DNA of 46,301 nucleotides, taken from sequence record SRR31156797_403. One strand, 5' to 3'. The position numbers and the translations under genes were made by a program. Of this stretch, positions 10,107-17,620 are shown one piece after another. Every line of letters begins with the position of its first letter. Position 1 is the stretch's first letter. The notes beneath the pieces are model-generated. The model made no database searches, was not told where the DNA came from, and saw only the letters and a list, made by a program, of their open reading frames with translations.

Positions 10107-10688
10107 TTAATTGATTTCAAAACCACACATTTTTAAAAAGTTAGATACGATGAGCAACCCGTCTTTTCCGGAAACTTCAGGATGTGCCTGGAAACCATAG
10201 ATGGGTTTATCCTTGTGCCGGATGATTTCGTTGGGCGTAACTTCCGATTCGGCCAGGCATATAAAATCCGGAGGCAAATCCGAAACATGAAAATGATGAC
10301 GCCTGGTGAGGAAAATTTCATCTTTGTTTAATCCTTCAAAAATGGGGTCATCAGGCATCGTGATTGTGATTTTCTCTTTTTTCTGATGGTATTCGGGCAG
10401 TTTTTTAATCCGTCCGCGGTGAGCTACTGCTATGATTTCGTGACTCAGGCAAAACCCGATTGTGGGTACGTCAAAGTTTATGAGCGACACAAAATCTGCC
10501 GTGAGGTTTAGTGGCTCATAGGGGTTTCCACGTCCTCCCGAGAGCATAAGTCCTTTGATCTCGGTTCTTTCCGAAAGAATGATGGGCTGATTATGATCAA
10601 AAAAGATATAATCAAATGATTGTTCAGACAAAAAGTTCCGTTTGAACTTTTTAATGAAACTACTTTGGTTGTCAACAATGAGTAGCAT
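10107..10688 (-). CDS. Stand-alone class I glutamine amidotransferase (paralog 1)
   Basis: LSGG, GFCLSHE (Cys nucleophile), QAHPE (His-x-Glu). Stop lies 2 nt before the ATP-grasp start. Confidence 0.9.
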   Translation of the reverse strand: MLLIVDNQSSFIKKFKRNFLSEQSFDYIFFDHNQPIILSERTEIKGLMLSGGRGNPYEPLNLTADFVSLINFDVPTIGFCLSHEIIAVAHRGRIKKLPEYHQKKEKITITMPDDPIFEGLNKDEIFLTRRHHFHVSDLPPDFICLAESEVTPNEIIRHKDKPIYGFQAHPEVSGKDGLLIVSNFLKMCGFEIN

Positions 10689-10850
10689 GACAATGTCTTG
10701 AATTTAAATGAATAAAGTGTAAAAAGAGTAACTATGTGCACCGGGTGGGAAGTATGACACTGTCAATGCCTCTTGATCGGTTGCAAGGCAAAAAAAACCT
10801 GTTTTTGGCTTCCCGGAATCCTCACGAACAAATCTTTCAGAAAAGCGGCG

Positions 10851-10858
10851 CGAAAATA
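10851..10858 (-). promoter_or_regulatory. Putative Bacteroidota sigma-A -7 element for the GATase/ATP-grasp transcript
   Basis: TATTTTCG on the minus strand, one mismatch from TAnnTTTG, about 160 nt upstream of the ATG. Confidence 0.45.
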
Positions 10859-11042
10859 AAATAATTTTGATTCAGCGGTTATTTCTTTCGATTTTTTTTA
10901 TTCTTCACTCAAGACTGTAATTTCGGGGGATGGTGTGACTGTGATATGCTTTGATTAAAATTACCAATCGGGTGAAGTACACCAGAATATTTCTCATTAT
11001 TTCCCCGACCTGAAAATTGTAAACCCCTTTGTTGTTAAGGTG

Positions 11043-11621
11043 TTAAAGATCATACCCGCAAATCCTGAAAAAGTTTTTCATGATTTGTAACCCTACTTGT
11101 CCGGAGGCCTCCGGGTGGCCCTGAAATCCATAAATGGGCTTTGCTCGATGTTTGATGATTTCATTGGGGGTGATCTCTGATTCTGCCAGCCTGACGAAAC
11201 CATCCGGCAATACAGAAACATGATAGCTGTGCCGGCGTGCAAGGGTAATTGTTTCGTATGGGATGCTTTCAAAAATCCTGTCTTCAGGATGTAAAATGTG
11301 GATGGGTTCTCTTTTGGTGTAGTAGCCGGGAAGTTTGTCGATCTGCCCACCGAAGTTAACCGCAATAATTTCATGCCCCAGGCAAAACCCCATTACCGGA
11401 ACATCAAAATTGGAGAGCGCAATAAAGTTGGTTGTGAGGTTTAAGGGTTTAAATGGGTTGCCCCTGCCACCCGACAAAATTACACCTGATATTTTTTGGC
11501 TTTGCAACCCCACTATTGGCTGATTATGATCGAGCATTTTGTAGGGAATATTCCGTTCAGCCATGAAAGTCGCTTCAAACTTTTTGATGAATGCATTTTG
11601 GTTGTCGATGATCAACAGCAT
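11043..11621 (-). CDS. Stand-alone class I glutamine amidotransferase (paralog 2)
   Basis: MLLIIDNQ start at 11621 aligns with the paralog 1 start. GFCLGHE and QGHPE triad. The upstream extension to 11810 overlaps the kinase and is probably spurious. Confidence 0.9.
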   Translation of the reverse strand: MLLIIDNQNAFIKKFEATFMAERNIPYKMLDHNQPIVGLQSQKISGVILSGGRGNPFKPLNLTTNFIALSNFDVPVMGFCLGHEIIAVNFGGQIDKLPGYYTKREPIHILHPEDRIFESIPYETITLARRHSYHVSVLPDGFVRLAESEITPNEIIKHRAKPIYGFQGHPEASGQVGLQIMKNFFRICGYDL

Positions 11622-11622
11622 T

Positions 11623-14600
11623 TTAATTATCGCTTTTGGGGATAGAAAAACAAAATGTGCTTCCTTTTCCTGGTTCACTTGCCACGGTAAATTCACCGTT
11701 GTGTTTTTTAATGAATTCGTGGCTAAGCACCAGGCCAAGGCCTGTGCCCGTTTCTCCCTCTGTGCCTTTGCTGGTATTCCGGTATTGCAAATTAAAGAGC
11801 TTTTCTGCAACTTCCTTTTTCATGCCAACGCCGGTATCTGTTACACAGCATTTTGTTTCGGTTGAGCCTTCGCGCGCCGTAATGGAGATTTTGCCATTTT
11901 TTTGGGTAAATTTTATGGCATTGGATATCAGGTTTCGCAACACAGTGTGCATCATGTTCTGATCTGCCACAATTTCGATATCCTGTTCAATTTCATTAAG
12001 CACCCTGATGTTTTTGAAAAATGCATCTCCTTTTAATTGGTTAATCACATCGCGGGCTATGGAGTTTAATTTTAATTGTTCAGGGTTGAACTTGATTTCC
12101 TTTTTTTGAATCCTTGACCACTCCAGTAAATTCACCAGCAATTGAAAGGTGTCTTCGGTTGTGTTGCGGATGATTTGAATAAATTCTACCTTTTCTTCTT
12201 CATGTAAAACCTCCCAGTCGTTAACCAGGATGTCACTAAATCCAAGCATACTATTGAAAGGGTTTTTCAGGTCGTGTGCAATAATAGAAAAGAACTTATT
12301 GCGTGTTTCATTGGCTACTTTTAGCTCACTGTTGGAGTGTTTGAGTTCGAGAGTTCGCTCTTCAACAATGCGTTCAAGTTTTTCGTTTTGCTTTTTGATT
12401 TCGCCCATACGCCACCAATAAATTGCAAGGATGGCAACACCTACCAGGACAAGGATGATGAGTTTAAAGTATATGGTTTCATGAAAAAATGGAAGAATTT
12501 CTACCTGTATCTTTGTAGTTGTTTTACACCACTCACCTGAATTATTGGCTACTTTAAGTTCAAAAATATGTTCGCCCGGAGGAAGTGATGAGATGGTGAT
12601 CTTTCGTTCATCTTTCAAATCAATCCACTGGTCGCTGTTTTTATCAATCTTAATGGCATAGTGATTATCATGAGAGATAAAATACTGCAGGGACGAAAAA
12701 TATAAGGTAAAAACATTCTGCTCAGGCCTGAGGATAATTGAATTGCTATATGATGGAGAAATATCATGTAAAGCCGTATCACCAATAATTTGAACGTCAC
12801 TAATTACAGGGCCTGGAGGTGTGGGGTAAACACGCACCTTTGAAGGGTTAAAAATAACAATACCGTTGATCCCTCCAAAAAACATCCGGTTTTTGCCATA
12901 CTGGGCAAATGCTGCACTGTTGAATTCATTGGATGGCAACCCGTCCTCCCTGGTGAATGACACAACAGATTTGTCGTCAGGATTAAACCTGCAAATACCC
13001 ATGTTTGTACTCAACCACAAATTATTTTTTTCATCTTCAAGAATGCCATAAATAAAATTATTGGGTAAACCATTACTAATTGTGTATAGCCTGTGACTGT
13101 GATCTTTAAATTTGAGATTGTAAAGGCCTGTTGATGTTCCAAGCCAGTACTCGTTGGTTGCAGATTGAAAAATACAGTTTACTCTTGAAATTTCTTTTGC
13201 AAGGCCTTCAAATTTATTTAAAATGTTGATGAATGTATTTTGCTCTGGGATGTACTGAAAAAGATACCCCTGGTACGAAGTGACCCATATATTCCTGTTT
13301 GTATCAATCAGAATTCCATTTAGGCCAATTAATTCGCCTGTTCCACTATTTTGGTCAGTAATTGTAAAAAACTCATATTCCCAGGTTTTTTTGTTAAATA
13401 TGTGGAAACCGGCACCGGAGCAAATGTACAAATGACTTTTGTCCTTATTGGCAAGGGCAAAAATATCATTTCCCTGTATACTAACAGGCGAACCTTTTAC
13501 TTTTGGTAATTCCTGCCACGTTGGGATGCTTGTGATTTTATTTTTCTTTTTGTCAAGAAAATACAAACCTGTTCCTTCGTTCCCAATCCATATCAGGTTT
13601 TCATCGGCATTATCCTGGCAAAGGGAATAGCTTAGATTAGGAAAGAAAGTTTCTGTAGTATTTGTTGCCAGGTTTATTTTCTGCAGGCCCACGTAACCGC
13701 CTACCCAAATATGGTTTTCATTTTCGGGTAATATACTTCGAACGCTCGAAAAGTTGAGCTTCATGGATTCGGGGCGTTTATGCGTAATTGTCAGGAAATT
13801 TCTGGTATTTGGGCTTAAAATATTTAACCCTTTTCCATTTGTTCCGAGCCAGATATTGCGATCCCGATCCTGAAAAATGGTTTTGACTGTCTTGTAATTA
13901 ATATCATAATCAGTTTCACCTTCCCGGTAATAAGTTACCTCATCCGATTGGATGTTATAAACTCCGGCACCATCCAAATCAGTTCCAAACCAAATTATTG
14001 AATCATTGGTCATTTCTAAATCCCAAATCACAATAGACACATATTCAAATTTGTTTAAAATTTCATTAACCTGTTTTGCTACCAGGTTGCTTTTATTCAC
14101 CTTTAATAAAGATCTGCCATAGGTTGAAATCCAGATATGATTGTTTCTGTCCTCAATAATACCGGTAACAATATTTTGTGACCTTTTAAAGGCATCAAGT
14201 GGTCCGAAATCCACCGGTACGCAGCTCATTTTCTTATTTTCCAGAAAACACATATCCCCCGATTCAAAACCTACCCAAACGTCGTCGTTGCTATCCACAA
14301 ATAGCGCAGTTACCCGGTTGTCAGGCACATATTTATTTTCGGGCATGCCAGGAGAAAATGGTATAACCGTGTCGTTGATAAAATCGATATAAAAAAAGCC
14401 GGTACTATATGTGCCTACCCAAAGATTGTCCTGCGAATCTGATTTGATTGTTGTAATGGAAACGGTTTCGCTTTCCCTGATAAACTCATATAAACCGAAC
14501 ACGCCTTTTTTTGTATCGAAATAGTTCAGGCCATGTGCTGTACCAATCCAGATATTTCCTTTTTCATCGCAATGAATCGATTTAATTTCATTGGAACTGA

Positions 14601-14877
14601 TTGATTTTCCATCGCCGGGATCATGTCGAAATATTTTTATATCATAACCATCATAACGGTTTAATCCATCATTGGTGCCAATCCATATAAATCCCTTTTT
14701 ATCCTGCGCAATAGCGTTTATTGTTCCCTGCGAAAGACCGTTATCGTTGGTGAGTTTGTGAAATATGGGGGAATCAATATTGATACGTTCCGGGTTTCCT
14801 GTAGCCAGAAAAGTAATCGAAAAGGAAAAGAATATGAGTCCAATGAATTTTCGTAAAGAAATTTCCAATGCATTCAA
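11623..14877 (-). CDS. Sensor histidine kinase with periplasmic beta-propeller (Reg_prop) and Y_Y_Y domains, no receiver domain
   Basis: GLSQGTINAIAQD, repeated IWIGT blades, GLPSNEFN, TM helix, IAHDLKNP (H box), RNLISNAIKFT, DTGVG, GTGLGL. Confidence 0.9.
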   Translation of the reverse strand: MNALEISLRKFIGLIFFSFSITFLATGNPERINIDSPIFHKLTNDNGLSQGTINAIAQDKKGFIWIGTNDGLNRYDGYDIKIFRHDPGDGKSISSNEIKSIHCDEKGNIWIGTAHGLNYFDTKKGVFGLYEFIRESETVSITTIKSDSQDNLWVGTYSTGFFYIDFINDTVIPFSPGMPENKYVPDNRVTALFVDSNDDVWVGFESGDMCFLENKKMSCVPVDFGPLDAFKRSQNIVTGIIEDRNNHIWISTYGRSLLKVNKSNLVAKQVNEILNKFEYVSIVIWDLEMTNDSIIWFGTDLDGAGVYNIQSDEVTYYREGETDYDINYKTVKTIFQDRDRNIWLGTNGKGLNILSPNTRNFLTITHKRPESMKLNFSSVRSILPENENHIWVGGYVGLQKINLATNTTETFFPNLSYSLCQDNADENLIWIGNEGTGLYFLDKKKNKITSIPTWQELPKVKGSPVSIQGNDIFALANKDKSHLYICSGAGFHIFNKKTWEYEFFTITDQNSGTGELIGLNGILIDTNRNIWVTSYQGYLFQYIPEQNTFINILNKFEGLAKEISRVNCIFQSATNEYWLGTSTGLYNLKFKDHSHRLYTISNGLPNNFIYGILEDEKNNLWLSTNMGICRFNPDDKSVVSFTREDGLPSNEFNSAAFAQYGKNRMFFGGINGIVIFNPSKVRVYPTPPGPVISDVQIIGDTALHDISPSYSNSIILRPEQNVFTLYFSSLQYFISHDNHYAIKIDKNSDQWIDLKDERKITISSLPPGEHIFELKVANNSGEWCKTTTKIQVEILPFFHETIYFKLIILVLVGVAILAIYWWRMGEIKKQNEKLERIVEERTLELKHSNSELKVANETRNKFFSIIAHDLKNPFNSMLGFSDILVNDWEVLHEEEKVEFIQIIRNTTEDTFQLLVNLLEWSRIQKKEIKFNPEQLKLNSIARDVINQLKGDAFFKNIRVLNEIEQDIEIVADQNMMHTVLRNLISNAIKFTQKNGKISITAREGSTETKCCVTDTGVGMKKEVAEKLFNLQYRNTSKGTEGETGTGLGLVLSHEFIKKHNGEFTVASEPGKGSTFCFSIPKSDN

Positions 14878-14962
14878 TTTTGATTCAAATCAAAAATAGG
14901 CATAATCCCTCATCTGACACAAAAAAAGTTGTTAAACTGAATTGTTAAAAAAAGTCCTTTGT

Positions 14963-17608
14963 TTAATCCGGTTTCTTAAATTTAAAATTGATGCTGATTT
15001 CTCCCGATTTGGCATGATATTCAATATGGTCTTTTTTTAGGTCAATATTTTGTCCGGTGCCGGCTTCGATCAATTTTGTTATGAATATGAGTCCGCTGTC
15101 GATAATCTCATCCATGGTTTCCTTATCGGGATTGAAGCAGGTAGTTTTTTGATTTTCAGATTGCGTATTCTCCATCCCGGTGGCCTGATCTGTGGCAAAG
15201 ACTTCCGGTTCATCCTCATCAAAATTTAGCTGCATTTGTCCAATGTTATCCCTGGTTTTTGGCTCCCTGGCGTCATCAGATAATATCATTTGCTCAATAC
15301 TATCACGGAGTGCAGAGGTGAGTTGTTGGCGGAGAGGGGTATTCATTTCTGTACTAACCGGTTTATTGTTATCACCGAAAAGGCGGTCTGCCAGGTTGAA
15401 CTCAATCTCAAGTCCGGCAGCAATTTTAGATTCCAGCGAATTTTCTGCAACCAGGTTGATGATAGTAAAGTGGCTGTCTTTTTTGTTCAGGTCGCCAATG
15501 CTGCCAAATCGGTCATCCCGATCTCGTGCAGTTTTTGGTACCTCCATGTTGATGAATGTATCAATTTCATTCAGATGGATAAACGCTATGGATTCAGGGC
15601 CTGCAAGTAACAGGTTATAATTTGAAAGCGCTTTGGTATTTATGGATTTTGCATTGGACGGCACCTCAATGTAAGGCAATTTGTTGAGGGTAAGCATGCG
15701 TGCTACCATGTTCTGCATTTGTTTCCACTCGGTGAAAATAACCACCCTGTGATTGCTTTTTCTGATGTGGATTTTTGAAATCAAAAGATGTTTTAATTCA
15801 TCAATCTTTGGTGAAAAGCCGGCGGAATTATCTACTAAGTATGCAGCATTTGCTACCATACGCAATTGGCCAACAAGCTTAAATACGCGCTGAAGTTCGT
15901 AAGAACTCACAATTTTCTTTTCAAGCAACTGGATGATTTCCCGTGCAAATCTGATGTGTAATTTCTTTTGGGATGAGGTAAGTTTTACCGGTATGTCAAA
16001 CTGGTCGAGGTTTGGCAATTGTTTTATTACCTCCTTACGCTGCCGGCGGATCAGAACAGGTTTGAGCTTTTCATTCAGTCCGGCCAGGTCGTAATAACCA
16101 ACGATGGTATTTTGGGTTTGAGAATCGAAATAACAATGCTGATATGAAAACTCCCAAAGTGGCGCGAGCAATTCGGGATCGACAAACAGGATGATGGAAT
16201 AGAGTTCGATAAGCTCCGATTCAACAGGAGTGCCCGTTAATACGAGTGAATGTTTTCGCTGTATGGATTTGATGGTGGATGAGGTTTTAGATGCGTAATC
16301 ATGCAGGCGCTGGGCTTCATCCAGAATTACAAAATCCACATCAATCTCCGAAACCATTGCTTTGTCGCGCAAAACAGTTTCGTAACTAACAACCTTAAAA
16401 AAGGCTTCTTGGCCGAAATACTTCTGTTTCCTTTCTTCAGGATTGCCCTCTATCAGGATAGCCTTTTCGTTCGTGAAATCCGCTATTTCATCGATCCACT
16501 GTTTTTTTAAAGTTCCGGGACAAATGATTAGTGTACTGGTAAATCCCAGAATCTCTTTTTTGAATAATGCAGCCGAAATGGCCTGGATGGTTTTTCCTAA
16601 CCCAAGTTCATCGGCAATCACTGCACCCTTCCTGAAAGTGGCAAACTGCACACCCTCTTTTTGATAGGATAGCAGTTTGGGTTTTAGTTTTGAAAAGTCA
16701 AGTAGGTTTTCCTGTTCAGCTCTATTTAATGCGTTGATTTCAGAAATGTTCTTCACCTTGTCGTAAACTTCAGGCCTGACCATGATTTGCCTGAAGTTAT
16801 CGAGCGCGTTGAAAAAACCGAGAAGTCTTTCTGCATCCTTATACTCCAAATATTTTTTGTTCCCGAAGTATTTATAAAAAAGTTCGGCAACCTCACCATA
16901 AATTTTCTCAGGATAGTACCAGGTGATTTTGTGATCCCTGAATGGGTCAAGGTAAACTTCAATAAATGGGTAAACCGGGGGAGAGGTAGGATTTAGTATT
17001 TGTTTTTTTTGAAGGTGATCGAAAGCAAACATCAGGTGCTTGCATGTGCCCAGTTTGTTGGTGCGGTAATCAGGGCATGAGCAGTAACCGGTCTGGTTTT
17101 TCAGATCACGAAAGGTGAGCATATATTCCACACCCCGCTCGTTGGTAAGCAGGTGTTCACCAAAAATATTATCGGCATACTGGATGGTATATTTGGCTTT
17201 GAGTGCCTTTTTTCTGCGTTCTTCGGACACCCTTTTTATCATGCCATCGCGGGTGTATTTAATGCCTGCCGCCGGAACAGGATCAATATCCAGTTTTATG
17301 AGTTCGTGCAGTTGCATCAGTGCAGCCGTGCGATGACGGCAAACCTGGCCTGAATTACAAGTGCAGTTTGATTGCAAACCCGGTTTGGTGTCAATTTTCA
17401 CCAGGTAATCACCATAGGTGTCATTCACCGAAAACTCGAAATGATGCTCCGAAGCTGAAAGTCGTGAACACTGGCCATTTAGATAAAGACTGTAACCCTG
17501 TTTGTAGATCAATCCTGAGGAGCTATTATCGGAAGATATCTTACGGAGTTCGCTGCTTATGGCATCCAGTGTTTTTTTTGGCATGATATAATCTTTAAGG
17601 TTTATCAA
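14963..17608 (-). CDS. Double SWIM zinc-finger / SNF2-family helicase-like protein with degenerate C-terminal lobe
   Basis: CTCNSGQVCRH and CSCPD...TCKH (SWIM). ADELGLGKT, DEAQR and LTGTP are present; motifs V/VI are diverged. The start may be ATG 17584. Confidence 0.85.
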   Translation of the reverse strand: MINLKDYIMPKKTLDAISSELRKISSDNSSSGLIYKQGYSLYLNGQCSRLSASEHHFEFSVNDTYGDYLVKIDTKPGLQSNCTCNSGQVCRHRTAALMQLHELIKLDIDPVPAAGIKYTRDGMIKRVSEERRKKALKAKYTIQYADNIFGEHLLTNERGVEYMLTFRDLKNQTGYCSCPDYRTNKLGTCKHLMFAFDHLQKKQILNPTSPPVYPFIEVYLDPFRDHKITWYYPEKIYGEVAELFYKYFGNKKYLEYKDAERLLGFFNALDNFRQIMVRPEVYDKVKNISEINALNRAEQENLLDFSKLKPKLLSYQKEGVQFATFRKGAVIADELGLGKTIQAISAALFKKEILGFTSTLIICPGTLKKQWIDEIADFTNEKAILIEGNPEERKQKYFGQEAFFKVVSYETVLRDKAMVSEIDVDFVILDEAQRLHDYASKTSSTIKSIQRKHSLVLTGTPVESELIELYSIILFVDPELLAPLWEFSYQHCYFDSQTQNTIVGYYDLAGLNEKLKPVLIRRQRKEVIKQLPNLDQFDIPVKLTSSQKKLHIRFAREIIQLLEKKIVSSYELQRVFKLVGQLRMVANAAYLVDNSAGFSPKIDELKHLLISKIHIRKSNHRVVIFTEWKQMQNMVARMLTLNKLPYIEVPSNAKSINTKALSNYNLLLAGPESIAFIHLNEIDTFINMEVPKTARDRDDRFGSIGDLNKKDSHFTIINLVAENSLESKIAAGLEIEFNLADRLFGDNNKPVSTEMNTPLRQQLTSALRDSIEQMILSDDAREPKTRDNIGQMQLNFDEDEPEVFATDQATGMENTQSENQKTTCFNPDKETMDEIIDSGLIFITKLIEAGTGQNIDLKKDHIEYHAKSGEISINFKFKKPD

Positions 17609-17620
17609 AAATTCCGGTTG

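Noticed and set aside
10905-10997. 30-aa minus-strand ORF between the two GATases as a leader peptide
   Set aside because: It lies upstream of the putative promoter and has no regulatory codon run or recognisable features
11622-11810. 62-aa N-terminal extension of GATase paralog 2 in the ORF track
   Set aside because: It overlaps the kinase C-terminus, and paralog alignment places the start at 11621
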